A DNA stretch of 62,144 bases, from assembly GCA_964635375.1 (NCBI GenBank), contig CAZWOU010000012.1, forward strand, positions 1 through 62,144, read 5' to 3'. Numbering within the stretch: the first letter of the stretch is position 1; the number at the start of each line of letters is the position of its first letter. Below the pieces are notes generated by a model, which searched no databases, had not been told where the DNA came from, and was given only the letters and a program-made list of their open reading frames with translations. The DNA comes from an uncultured Pirellulaceae bacterium (lineage in GTDB: Bacteria > Planctomycetota > Planctomycetia > Pirellulales > Pirellulaceae). Made by a program: the position numbers and the translations under genes. Below are positions 45,556 through 57,072 of this stretch, piece by piece.

Positions 45556-47272
45556 TCGCGACCTCAGGATTGCGGCCGACGATCAACAGAAACGCAACCA
45601 TTGCGACCAACGCCAGCGGCGTGGTGAACCAGACGGACATGCCAAGCCCCACGGGCAAGGTTCCGCAAACAATCGCGATGCCGCCGACGAGCATCGCGTA
45701 GGGCATCTGAGTCCACACGTGTGCGATGTGATTGCACCCGCTGGCGTTGGAGGAGAGCACCGTCGTATCGGAAATCGGCGAGCAATGATCACCAAAGATG
45801 GCCCCAGCCAACACGCCGCCGACCGAGGCGACCAAAGCGGTTTCCGATCCGACCACGGGCCCATCTTGCTGGAGTAATGCGTAGGTCGTTTGAATGACGA
45901 GCGGCATCAGCATGCTCATCGTCCCCCAGCTCGTCCCCGTCGAAAAAGCGACCAAGAAGGCGAGCGCAAAGACGGCCGTGGGAAGCAGCCAAAGACCGAT
46001 CGCTCCCTTGAGCGTTGCCGCCAAATAGGCGCCGGTCGCCAAGGCGTCGTCACTTGTCAAATCGGAAAGGGCCCAAGCCAGCCAGAGAATGGCGAGAGCC
46101 GAAAGGACGAAGCGAGCGCCTTGAATGGCGGCGGTTGAGATTCGCCCCGCCGTCATGCCGCGGCGTCGCGCGAGCACGGCAGCGACGATGAGGCCCGCGA
46201 GCGAGCCGTAGACGAGAGCCAAATTGGAGTCGCCGTTGCCGAAGATTTGTCCCCAGCCGCGGAGGCCTGAGCTCAACTCGCCGGCGGACGCTTTGCCAGT
46301 CATGTAGAGCAGCCAAACGACGAGCGAAACCGTGATCAGGATTGGCGCGGCCGCGTCGATCCAATGGCCGGCGGGCTCAGGTTTCCGCGAGCGATCAGCA
46401 GCTGGAGCACGAGCCGCTTCCTCGCCGGATCCCCCACGCAGCGCATTCCTTTCGGCAGCGAGCATCGGACCAAAGTCGCGCCGGAGCCAAGCGTTCAAGG
46501 GCACAAATAGCAATGCCCAAAGCACGTAGAATCGGTATGGAATCGTCTGCAGGAACAACCCAAACGCCTCGACGCCCTCGCCCGCAAACTCCAAACCGCG
46601 GAGGCCCTCTTCGATGTTCGCGATCTCGCCGGCAACCCAGGTGGAAACAAGGGCCAAGCCGGACACGGGCGCAGCAGTCGAGTCGACGATGTAGGCCAGT
46701 TTCTCTCGAGAAATCTTCAGCCGGTCGCAGAGCGGGCGCATGGTGTTGCCGAGCAATAGCGAATTCGCATAGTCGTCAATAAAAACCAGAAGGCCAAGAC
46801 ACCAAGTTAAGATTTGGCCTCCGCGACGGCTTCCCGAAAGCGGCGCCAGGCGGCTCACGGCATCTTGCATCCCGCCCGATCGCTGAATGACGCCAATCAT
46901 CGCACCCATCAACGCCGTAAAGATGAAGACTCGCAAGTGGCTTTCGTCCGAGAGGCTCCCCCACAGTCGCACCTCGAAGAAATCGTTCGCTGCCCGAGAC
47001 CAGATATCACCAGGCGGCTCTCGCAACTCGGCGATCCGCTGCTGAATTGTCGCCGCTTTCCCATAGTCCAGATCGACGACCGCTTGAGCCAAGTCGGCGT
47101 CGAGTTGACGGAACACTTCGTCGCTGGGGACTCGTGGAAACGTCGCCAACAGCAGACTGCCAAGCAACACGCCAAACAGCAGGGAAGGCACGACGCGGCG
47201 AGTCGCGATCGCAAATGCAATAGCAAGCAACGGCGGCGTGAGGCTCAGCCAACCAAACGGATGCTCACTCAT
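45545..47272 (-). CDS. NhaC-family Na+/H+ antiporter-like transporter
   Basis: It is polytopic. The C-terminal signature GDHCSPISDTTVLSS is typical of the NhaC family. The start lies 16 nt after the kinase stop. Confidence 0.75.
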   Translation of the reverse strand: MSEHPFGWLSLTPPLLAIAFAIATRRVVPSLLFGVLLGSLLLATFPRVPSDEVFRQLDADLAQAVVDLDYGKAATIQQRIAELREPPGDIWSRAANDFFEVRLWGSLSDESHLRVFIFTALMGAMIGVIQRSGGMQDAVSRLAPLSGSRRGGQILTWCLGLLVFIDDYANSLLLGNTMRPLCDRLKISREKLAYIVDSTAAPVSGLALVSTWVAGEIANIEEGLRGLEFAGEGVEAFGLFLQTIPYRFYVLWALLFVPLNAWLRRDFGPMLAAERNALRGGSGEEAARAPAADRSRKPEPAGHWIDAAAPILITVSLVVWLLYMTGKASAGELSSGLRGWGQIFGNGDSNLALVYGSLAGLIVAAVLARRRGMTAGRISTAAIQGARFVLSALAILWLAWALSDLTSDDALATGAYLAATLKGAIGLWLLPTAVFALAFLVAFSTGTSWGTMSMLMPLVIQTTYALLQQDGPVVGSETALVASVGGVLAGAIFGDHCSPISDTTVLSSNASGCNHIAHVWTQMPYAMLVGGIAIVCGTLPVGLGMSVWFTTPLALVAMVAFLLIVGRNPEVAIKE

Positions 47273-47288
47273 ATGCGACTCTTCTGCG

Positions 47289-48764
47289 TTACGTTGAAGT
47301 TAGCGGCTTCGCCACGGGTCCAACTTCGCCCTGAGGCAATAGGATAGTCATCTTCGTACCCTGCGGCGAGACTTGGACCACTTCAACGCTTCCGCCATGC
47401 TCATGGACAACGGCCCAGGCCTTGGAGAGTCCCAGCCCCAATCCGCGACCAGCCTCCCGGCCTGAATAGTAGGGTTCAAAAATCCGTGGGCGAATGTCGT
47501 CCGGTATGCCGGGACCATTGTCCTCGATCTCGACGCTCACCACCGGGGCAAGCCCGTCGGACGACTCCTGCCGGACGCGAACCTGTATCTCTCCGTCAGC
47601 GCGCAGCGCCTCAAGGGCGTTCAGACAGATGGCCCGCACTGCGGCGCCGAGATGGGTCGGGTCAATGTTCGAGATAACATCGTCGCCGGCCTGCAATTCC
47701 AACGCCGTTTGCTGCTCAACTGCGTCCTGCTTAAGTTCGTCGAGCACCGTGCGAACCAACTCGACAAGGTTGCACGGCTTCTTATCGAGTCGAGGCGGTC
47801 GGGCGAAGAGCATCATGTCCGAGATCATTTCATGGGCCCGAAACGCTTGAGCGTTAATGGTCGCCAAAGATCGTCGTCGATCCGCGTCAGTCTCGTCGCG
47901 CAACAGAGTTTGCGCTCGAGTGGCGATGTTGGCTAACGGGTTGTTTACCTCGTGGCTTGCTCCGTAGGCCAGCTCTTTCATCGCTCGCAGTTTTTCCTGC
48001 TCCACGGTCTCGGCAAATCGCTGCTCCAAGTTCCGCCTTTGCCGATTTCGCGCCGCCATCCGACGGACGGACTCAACGAACTCTATGACTTGCTCGTCTC
48101 GCGATTGGGCAAACGGCGCCAATCCATCAACACGCCAAGGGGAGGCGTTCTCATTGTCCAACAGCCGCTCGCGACACCCCTGAACCTTCGCCACCAACTC
48201 GTCTTCGTCGATCGTCGTCGATTGCACTCGCTCGACCAGCCCGACCAGCCAGCTCGGAACATGGGCGGCATACGGTTTCTCGTCGTCGCTGTCGTCGTCG
48301 GCCTGGCCAAGAATCGCCGACTCCGGATCGGTGAGCCAGGCGAGGCAATCAGAAAAGTAGGCCAACCTACCCGCGCGATCAAATGGAGTGCACTCAGATT
48401 CGTTTGTTCCCATGGCCTGGACGTGGGCGATCAGCGAACGAGTTCGGCGATACGCGGCGCGCCAATGATCGAGCAAGTCGACGGAGACAGTCGAGACTCG
48501 CAAGTCTTGTTCAAAACGATCAGAGAGCCAATCCGCGTTCCACCGTGAAAGGTCATGCTCGCCCGCGGGCGGACCACCAAGACACGCATCGCTGCTGCAG
48601 ACGGCCAAGCACAGCAGCCATGGCTCGTCGCTTATCACTCGGCTCAACAACTTCGACGTTGAAGACGGCTCATCGGCCATCAACTGCGAGATCCAGGGCA
48701 GCGAGGTCGGTGGAATCGGCACAGCGAGACGCGGTCGGAATTGCAGCATAGGGTAGAGCGGCAC
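47289..48764 (-). CDS. Sensor histidine kinase (HisKA + HATPase_c), apparently soluble
   Basis: The H-box is YGASHEVNNPLANI. The ATP-lid motifs are EDNGPGIP and GRGLGLGLS. The ORF track start is a GTG at 48764, and ATGs occur at 48749 and 48680. Confidence 0.85.
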   Translation of the reverse strand: MPLYPMLQFRPRLAVPIPPTSLPWISQLMADEPSSTSKLLSRVISDEPWLLCLAVCSSDACLGGPPAGEHDLSRWNADWLSDRFEQDLRVSTVSVDLLDHWRAAYRRTRSLIAHVQAMGTNESECTPFDRAGRLAYFSDCLAWLTDPESAILGQADDDSDDEKPYAAHVPSWLVGLVERVQSTTIDEDELVAKVQGCRERLLDNENASPWRVDGLAPFAQSRDEQVIEFVESVRRMAARNRQRRNLEQRFAETVEQEKLRAMKELAYGASHEVNNPLANIATRAQTLLRDETDADRRRSLATINAQAFRAHEMISDMMLFARPPRLDKKPCNLVELVRTVLDELKQDAVEQQTALELQAGDDVISNIDPTHLGAAVRAICLNALEALRADGEIQVRVRQESSDGLAPVVSVEIEDNGPGIPDDIRPRIFEPYYSGREAGRGLGLGLSKAWAVVHEHGGSVEVVQVSPQGTKMTILLPQGEVGPVAKPLTST

Positions 48765-48811
48765 ATCGACCTCGCACTGGGACTTTGTCGGCCTGGTGGA
48801 ACACGCCCTCT

Positions 48812-48886
48812 AAAAAAGGGTAGCCGGAACCGCCAACAACTGGGCGCCATTCACTGGACGCCCGAATCGTAGCGGATCCGGCTACC
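48812..48886 (-). terminator. Intercistronic stem-loop with a U tract (terminator or attenuator) between the response regulator and kinase genes
   Basis: The 10-bp perfect arms are GGTAGCCGGA (48819-28) and TCCGGCTACC (48877-86). They enclose an inner GGGCG/CGCCC hairpin. The minus strand continues C-TTTTTT. Confidence 0.45.
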
Positions 48887-48971
48887 ACGCGTGATCTACA
48901 CTCAACGGAATAACCCGTCTTGCTAAATGCCCGTCAAAGAACTCAACCTCAAAGGACTCAACACAGGCAAG

Positions 48972-49562
48972 CTAGGCGCCAGTTGGAGCTCTTTCGATTT
49001 CCAGTAGGTCGCAAGCTCGCTCCATCAGTTGATCGATCTGGAACGGCTTCTGCAGGAAGTCATTCGCTCCCGAAACTTTCAAGTCCTCGATCTTGTCCGC
49101 TTCGACCATTCCCGATATGCAGATGATCTTCACCATTTGCAACGTGTCGTCGCTTCGCACTCGCTGGCAAACCTCTTTCCCGTTGATGTCGGGAAGCATC
49201 ACGTCGAGTACGACAATATCAGGCCGAAACTCTTTCACCAACATTCCAGCGTCGAATCCATTGTTGGCCGAGCGCACGTCAAATCGGCCGTCGCCAGCAA
49301 AGGCGTCGGTGAGCATTTCCACAACATCTTCATCATCATCGACAATCAGCACTTTGCGTTTTCCGCTCTCCAACGCGTCGGTGGGGATGTTGTTGTCCCG
49401 CATGAATGCGTAGAGCTGTTCTCGCGGGATGCGGCGAAAACGGCTGCCGGGCACGCGAAACCCCTTGAGCGATCCGTTGTCGAAGCAACGGATGATCGTC
49501 TGCTGACTCACCTTACAAATCTTGGCTGCTTCACCAGTGGTAAAGACTGTCTTTGTGGTCAT
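48972..49562 (-). CDS. Response regulator with an N-terminal excisionase/MerR-type HTH and a C-terminal receiver domain
   Basis: The HTH is FTTGEAAKICKVSQQTIIRCFDNGSLKGFRVPGSRFRRI. The receiver motifs are VLIVDDDEDV and DIVVLDVMLPDING. Confidence 0.9.
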   Translation of the reverse strand: MTTKTVFTTGEAAKICKVSQQTIIRCFDNGSLKGFRVPGSRFRRIPREQLYAFMRDNNIPTDALESGKRKVLIVDDDEDVVEMLTDAFAGDGRFDVRSANNGFDAGMLVKEFRPDIVVLDVMLPDINGKEVCQRVRSDDTLQMVKIICISGMVEADKIEDLKVSGANDFLQKPFQIDQLMERACDLLEIERAPTGA

Positions 49563-50075
49563 GGCGTTGTCACCATCCTTCCTGCCATCTGGACTAGTCC
49601 CGCATGGGCATCGTGCCCGTCGGGGAATTCAAGGCACGACTGCGGCTTGCGCTAGTCCTGTACTCCCAGATTCCGTGGTGTGCGTAGTTAGCACACCTTC
49701 CTGTTTCGATCCATCTAGCAAGCTCCTCCGGTTCTCCCGAGATTACCGAATTTGCCAACCGCAGGAATTATAGCGGAGCTAGAAACTGAGTCAAGATCGA
49801 TCAGAACACCCTAACCTACACGTCAAACAGGACTTACGCTCGATCGCCCAATCCCGCGCCGTTTCCTTTCGCGATTTCTCACAAACAAGCGGGAATTGGG
49901 GACCTGGAAAGACGCGCGAAGTAGGTAAATCAGGATGACCGAACCTGGCACAAATCTGGCCCCATCACGCCGCGAGTTGCGAGATCAGGCCCCAGCGTCG
50001 CTACCACCCGCGTGGCGGTTTGGGACGAGCTCTGTACAGCGGAAGAAGAAAGACGCGCCGGGGAAAGTCGAACGG

Positions 50076-51911
<1,836 letters not shown>

Positions 51912-51937
51912 GGAAGACTAATCGAGCTTCTCCGGGG

Positions 51938-52309
51938 CTATTTCTTGTGAACCGTGTGACAGGCTTTGCATTTGGCAGCACCGGCCAACTTAGCGCCAGC
52001 GCCGGCGACTCCAGCCTGGACTTGCTTGGCGGCAGTCAAGAGCGAGGCGCACTTGGCTTGCCAACTCTTGGCGTCTCCTTTGTGAGGTTTCTGTCCCGCC
52101 ATCGCCGCAAACATCGCGATCAGCGTCTTGACCTCGTCTTTCTTGGCTCTGCCCCGAGCCACCTTTTTGCAGAGCCCTCCTTTCATCCCTTTCTTCATCA
52201 CGTCTTCGAGCGAGTACTTGTGATTCCCGCCCCTGTCCTCAGCCTGGACGGAGGCGACGACCGACAGGGCGGCAAAACAGGCTGCGAGAGCGAAAACAAA
52301 GCGAGCCAT
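51938..52309 (-). CDS. Secreted class II-like c-type cytochrome (single CXXCH near the C-terminus)
   Basis: A GGAGGA lies 6 nt upstream of the ATG. The signal peptide is MARFVFALAACFAALSVVASVQA. The body is helical and Lys/Ala-rich, with CKACH 6 residues from the end. Confidence 0.65.
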   Translation of the reverse strand: MARFVFALAACFAALSVVASVQAEDRGGNHKYSLEDVMKKGMKGGLCKKVARGRAKKDEVKTLIAMFAAMAGQKPHKGDAKSWQAKCASLLTAAKQVQAGVAGAGAKLAGAAKCKACHTVHKK

Positions 52310-52344
52310 AGTCTATCCTCCATGGTTTGACCGCGAATGCAGCA

Positions 52345-52376
52345 AATTCCGTAACCCGGCAATTCCGTAACCGGGG
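52345..52376. repeat. 16-bp tandem duplication (AATTCCGTAACCCGGC / AATTCCGTAACCGGGG) upstream of the cytochrome gene
   Basis: Read directly from the sequence. It lies 36-67 nt upstream of the ATG at 52309 on the minus strand. Confidence 0.9.
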
Positions 52377-52520
52377 ATGCTGAGCAGAACATGATAGCAA
52401 GCGGGGACGAACCCACAACGCGAAAGACGAAACAGACTGGTTCAATTCCGGCGGCGGGACAGGCAGTGTGCACCAACCCATCTTGCCACAACAGGCAGAA
52501 CGATCCTCGCACCGACGACC

Positions 52521-54305
52521 TCACGACTTGAGGTTGAAGAGTCCAAAGATTTCGTTCTGCGAGAGACCCGTTGTTCGAGGGTCGCCCGTGTTGGAGAGAA
52601 TCATCTCGAACAGTTCGCGTTTCTCTTCGAGCACCTGATGAATCCGCTCCTCGATCGTCTCCACCATCATCATCCGCGTGACGGTTACCGGTCCAGCGGC
52701 GCCGATTCGGTGGGCTCGGTTGATCGCCTGATCCTCAACTGCGGGATTCCACCAGCGATCAAACAGAAAAACGTATTGGCAAAACTGCAAGTTGAGCCCC
52801 ACGCTGCCGGCGCCGTAACTCATCAGCAGGACGTTTTGGTCCGGGTCATTGCGAAACTGATCGATGATTGCATCGCGTTTCCGACTGGGGATCTTGCCGT
52901 GATATTCCAGCACGCCCATCTCCGGCAAACCTTCACGAATCTGATAGAGCGACTGAACCCACTGACTGAAGATGATCGCCTTGTGCCCGCAAGCTGCAAC
53001 CTCTCCGAGATCCGCTTGCAAACGCTCCATCTTGCTGCTGGCCTTCGAAGTTGGATCGAAGTTGCAGATCTGCTTCAGGCGAAGCACGAGCTGAAAGACA
53101 TGCTGGATAGTCAGCTCGTCACCCAGTTCCGTCAGCTTGACAACGCCTTCGTCTTCGGCAATTCGGTAAGTGGCCCATTGCTCAGGCGTCAAGGTGAGTT
53201 CCGCATCGCGGTACATCTTTGGCGGCAAGTCCTTGAGCACCATGTCTTTCGTTCGGCGCACAATATAATCGCCAACCGCCGCACCCATCCGTCTCGGCGA
53301 CATTTCAGATCTCAGTTGGCCGGGCGAGACAAAATCAAAAATGCCCACCAAGTCTTCCGGACTGTTTTCGACGGGCGTGCCGGTTAGGGCCCAACTGCGA
53401 GACCGCGGAATCGCCTTGACCACTTGGCTCGTCGTGCTTGACCGATTCTTGATTCGTTGGGCTTCGTCCAGAACAACAAGGTCATAGTGGTGAGACTCGT
53501 CGTTCACAAAATCGCGGTCCCTCATCAACAACTCGTAGTTGGCGATGACCACTGGGGTCTCTTGACGCTGCCATTGAAATTCGCGGCGGCTTCGGTCGCC
53601 TTCAATAACGCCGACCGGAGTCTCGGGCGCCCAGAGGTTGAACTCGCGCAGCCAATTCGTCACCAGCGGCTTGGGGCAGACCAGCAACACGCGGCGCAGT
53701 TCGCCCGCCATCAACAGCAAGCGAATCGTCGTAATGGCTTGCATGGTTTTGCCCAATCCCATCTCGTCCGCTAAGACAGCGGCAAACCGGGTGTAGAGAA
53801 AGGCAATCCCCTCGTACTGATACGGAAACGGATCGAACGGGAACCGCACCTCGCCAGTGGAGACAATTTGTTCCAGCGGCGGCTGAAGCACGTAGAACAG
53901 GCGGTCCTCGAGCTTCACAATATCTTCAGGGGGTTGAAGCCGGGTCCTTGAGCCGGAACGCGGCGAGCGAGCCGGTTTCGTCTTGGCTGACTGCTTCACC
54001 AACTCGGTCAGCCGCGCCGCGGAAGCCGTTTCCGGAAAAGTGAAGCCAATAGTGCGAACGGGCGGCGCTTTGATCTTCATCGAGACCGACTTCAAGCCGG
54101 AAGCGGCGGCAAAACTGGTCGACTGGACTTCCGTCTTCAGGTTGCGATTCGCAGCGCCAATCAGACCCGTCGCGAACACTTCTACTCGCAAGTCCAACCG
54201 AGCGCGCGCGAGCTTCGGCCGACTTGACTCAAACGACCAAGTCTCCACTTCCACAGCGGACGAATCCAGCGACCCGTTGGGCGCCGATAGTCTTGCACTA
54301 TTCAT
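52521..54305 (-). CDS. SNF2/RAD54-family ATPase (helicase-like translocase) with a ~130-aa unknown N-terminal region
   Basis: PYQYEGIAFL, motif I DEMGLGKT, motif II LVVLDEAQRIKN and the helicase-C motifs FSQW and NPAVEDQAINRAHRIG are present. Confidence 0.9.
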   Translation of the reverse strand: MNSARLSAPNGSLDSSAVEVETWSFESSRPKLARARLDLRVEVFATGLIGAANRNLKTEVQSTSFAAASGLKSVSMKIKAPPVRTIGFTFPETASAARLTELVKQSAKTKPARSPRSGSRTRLQPPEDIVKLEDRLFYVLQPPLEQIVSTGEVRFPFDPFPYQYEGIAFLYTRFAAVLADEMGLGKTMQAITTIRLLLMAGELRRVLLVCPKPLVTNWLREFNLWAPETPVGVIEGDRSRREFQWQRQETPVVIANYELLMRDRDFVNDESHHYDLVVLDEAQRIKNRSSTTSQVVKAIPRSRSWALTGTPVENSPEDLVGIFDFVSPGQLRSEMSPRRMGAAVGDYIVRRTKDMVLKDLPPKMYRDAELTLTPEQWATYRIAEDEGVVKLTELGDELTIQHVFQLVLRLKQICNFDPTSKASSKMERLQADLGEVAACGHKAIIFSQWVQSLYQIREGLPEMGVLEYHGKIPSRKRDAIIDQFRNDPDQNVLLMSYGAGSVGLNLQFCQYVFLFDRWWNPAVEDQAINRAHRIGAAGPVTVTRMMMVETIEERIHQVLEEKRELFEMILSNTGDPRTTGLSQNEIFGLFNLKS

Positions 54306-54322
54306 TTTGCACTTCGATGCTG

Positions 54323-54931
54323 CTATCGTTTGCCCCGTTTGGCTTCCTCCACCGCTTCGCGTATGCGATCAAACGGCTCGGCAAGATCAAGTGAACAACA
54401 CGATTCCCACGCTGTTTGCACCAAACCGATGTCGCCTGCAAAGTCGCCTTGAACCGAGACCGATTGGCCGCCAATGGTGAACTGCTTGGGCGGGCTGAGA
54501 CCGCTCTGGCGATGGGCTCCGTCAACACGGAAAGTCCTGCCCGCATCAGTGGAGGCGGCTCGATCAAGGCCTCGGTCAGTGTCCGCTTCAGGGCTCTCGT
54601 TCAATTCAGCCTCAACGCGAACCACCGGACAACTAATAAACGGCCGAACTGACATCACGGATGCATGGTCGGTGCAGACAAAAGCCGGTTTCAGCTTCGA
54701 CTTCTTGACCAAAGTCTGACCGATTTGCTCACCGTACATGAACGGCTCGAGCGTGGGGCCGAACAGAATCTCTTGGGCGCGATTCGGCTTGACTGGCGCT
54801 GTGCAATGGAATTCCAGGGGGCGCCCCACCGCGTTCAAAACCAAATAACCGCCGAACAGGCCATGTTCGGCGGCGGAGACAACGGTCAGAAAGCCTATCG
54901 ATGTCAATGACTTTGGTCCGCTAGCACTCAT
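54323..54931 (-). CDS. Hypothetical protein (202 aa) co-transcribed with the SNF2 ATPase
   Basis: The first ATG is at 54931; the ORF track start at 55051 is a TTG. The N-domain is globular (GFLTVVSAAEHGLFGGYLVLNAVGRPLEFHCTAPVKPNRAQEILFGPTLEPF). The stop lies 17 nt before the SNF2 ATG. Confidence 0.6.
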   Translation of the reverse strand: MSASGPKSLTSIGFLTVVSAAEHGLFGGYLVLNAVGRPLEFHCTAPVKPNRAQEILFGPTLEPFMYGEQIGQTLVKKSKLKPAFVCTDHASVMSVRPFISCPVVRVEAELNESPEADTDRGLDRAASTDAGRTFRVDGAHRQSGLSPPKQFTIGGQSVSVQGDFAGDIGLVQTAWESCCSLDLAEPFDRIREAVEEAKRGKR

Positions 54932-54948
54932 AGGCTGGAGAGGCTCGT

Positions 54949-54978
54949 GTTGTAGTGGGACATGTTGTAGTGGGACAT
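54949..54978. repeat. Perfect 15-bp tandem duplication (GTTGTAGTGGGACAT x2)
   Basis: Read directly from the sequence. It lies 18 nt upstream of the ATG at 54931 on the minus strand. Confidence 0.95.
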
Positions 54979-55252
54979 GTGGAGTCGTCAGGGTGATCGA
55001 GTCCACTCGCAAGGAGTGGTTGACCGACCCGCGCAGAGTTGCGGCAGGCAAATAAGTGCACGCTCCGTGCTATTGATGCATCGGGTGCGAAACCCAGTTG
55101 ACTTTAATGACGACGAAGAGTGTACGGGCAAGAACCGTGAATTGTCGCCATATGAGGGCGCCCAAATCGCCTTGTTGACCTAGGAGTCGGCGGAACATGC
55201 AAGCGAATTCTTCGTTTCAGCCCGTGATTATCTGCCGGAGTTGGGCGGATGC

Positions 55253-55280
55253 TCGACAAGACTTACCCATTGTCTATACT
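55253..55280 (+). promoter_or_regulatory. Candidate sigma-70-like promoter (TCGACA-16 nt-TATACT)
   Basis: The hexamers were read directly from the sequence. They lie about 35 nt upstream of the ATG at 55315. Planctomycete promoter consensus is poorly defined. Confidence 0.3.
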
Positions 55281-55314
55281 GGAACTCGTTCCACTGTTGA
55301 GGAGACAGCAAAAG

Positions 55315-55761
55315 ATGACGCAAGACTCACAACAAGCCCCGGTTTTTCGGATCGACGTCACCACGGACTCGGCCGCCAACGAACCGATCTCTGGAAATGG
55401 AATCGTTGTTGAGTTACTTCAGCGACTCTTGGAAACCCAGGAAAGACAGGTAGAGTTGCTCGAGGATCTGTCTTCCCACCTCTCCTCAGCTCAAAGACAG
55501 CGTGCGATCGAGCTGAATCAATGGCGTGAAGCCAACCCCGAACTGGCTCGTGCGTGTCGAGTTTCTGCGGAAGCTCTGAGCCGCGTTCAAGCTGAGTTCC
55601 TTCACACTTTGACAGAAGAAGTGCTCGACAGCGAAGATCACCTGGTCGAGGGCGATTTCATGCTGAACGAATTCGTCGACCGTTTTGGGCCGCGACTGGC
55701 CCATCTCAATGGCGTACTCCAGGTCCTCTCGCAACTGAGCGCTGTCCCCACAACGCCCTAG
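55315..55761 (+). CDS. Hypothetical helical protein (148 aa)
   Basis: The ATG at 55315 has a GAGGAG 10 nt upstream. The protein is Glu/Leu/Gln-rich with helical composition. Confidence 0.6.
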   Translation: MTQDSQQAPVFRIDVTTDSAANEPISGNGIVVELLQRLLETQERQVELLEDLSSHLSSAQRQRAIELNQWREANPELARACRVSAEALSRVQAEFLHTLTEEVLDSEDHLVEGDFMLNEFVDRFGPRLAHLNGVLQVLSQLSAVPTTP

Positions 55762-55868
55762 GCGCGAGCTGAAGAACCGCAGGCTCTGTGTGTGCTCAAC
55801 CATGGTCTGACTTCGAGTGTAGTGCTTGAACCCCATTCAGCGGACGGGCGTAAGCCGAGGCGTCGCCG

Positions 55869-56768
55869 ATGAGTTCAGTAGAATTGGTCGCCACGAACAC
55901 TCGCGATGGAATCCGGCTTGACGGCGCTCTGTGTTCTTCGGCCGTCGAACCCCGCTGGGATGTGGAAGCGGCGGTCCTCTTGCACGGCGTCGGCGGCAAC
56001 TTTTATGGCGGTGCCCTTTTCGACCCACTGGTTGCACGATTGCTTGCCCATGGGGTGGACGTTCTGCGAGTCAACACGCGCGGACACGACGGGCTGTTCA
56101 CAGCCGGGACGCCAAACGGGCGCCGGAATCTTGGCGCCGCCTGCGAGATCGTCGATGAGTGCCGTTACGACGTCGCCGCCTGGGTTGAGTTTCTGGCGAA
56201 ACGACACAAGAAGACGAGGAGCCAGGCGCCCCCGCGCATCGCGCTGATTGGCCACAGTCTCGGTGCGGTGAAGGCGATCTACAGCCAAGCGATCGAAGCT
56301 GACAAACGCGTCGCTTGTGTCGTGGCGATCTCACCCGCTCGGCTTTCCTTTGAGCTGTATATGGCGAGCGAAAGTCGGGCGCCATTTAGTCAATCGATCG
56401 CCGACGCAGAACAACTCGTCGAAGCGGGGCGCGGCGCACAGCTGTTTCCAACTCGATTCCCGTTCGCGATGTTGATGTCGGCCGACGCCTATCTCGATAA
56501 GTACGGGCCAGGCGACCGGTATGACATCGTAAAATGCGTCAATCGGTTGCAGCCGCCGTCATTGTTGATGTTCGGAGAGCGTGAATTGGCCGACGGAGGA
56601 CCTGCTTTTTCTGGCGTGCCCACAGCCCTTCGAGGGCTTCCCAAGCTCCCTTCATCCATCGACTTCCTGGAACTTGCGGAAGCCGACCATTTCTACACAG
56701 GAGTGCGAAACGAAGCGGCTGAATCGATATCCGAATGGATGCAATCTCGCCTTGGCCGTGGGCCGTAG
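55869..56768 (+). CDS. Alpha/beta-fold hydrolase
   Basis: The oxyanion region is VLLHGVGGNFYG. The nucleophile elbow is LIGHSLGA (GxSxG). Confidence 0.8.
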   Translation: MSSVELVATNTRDGIRLDGALCSSAVEPRWDVEAAVLLHGVGGNFYGGALFDPLVARLLAHGVDVLRVNTRGHDGLFTAGTPNGRRNLGAACEIVDECRYDVAAWVEFLAKRHKKTRSQAPPRIALIGHSLGAVKAIYSQAIEADKRVACVVAISPARLSFELYMASESRAPFSQSIADAEQLVEAGRGAQLFPTRFPFAMLMSADAYLDKYGPGDRYDIVKCVNRLQPPSLLMFGERELADGGPAFSGVPTALRGLPKLPSSIDFLELAEADHFYTGVRNEAAESISEWMQSRLGRGP

Positions 56769-57072
56769 TCGGGCCGTATCGCCCGTCTCCGCCTCTTGTT
56801 TCCGCCTCTTTGCTCAGCTATTTTCAAGTGCCCAGGCCAGCTTGGCGTTCCCGACGCGAACCCACCTCCATATGCGGTTCATTGCTGGCAATCGGCCCCC
56901 TGTGAGACACCCAACGCTGCTCAACCAATCAAACGCAGCTCAACCAAACATTCCCCGCCGGGGACCGCCCGGGCGCTGCTGGGCAACTGCCACCAGGCGA
57001 TCCCCACCGTTTACCGAATTCTGCTGTCTGCCGTTCGTGGTACGAGGCCAAGTTAACCGAGGAGGATACGCG

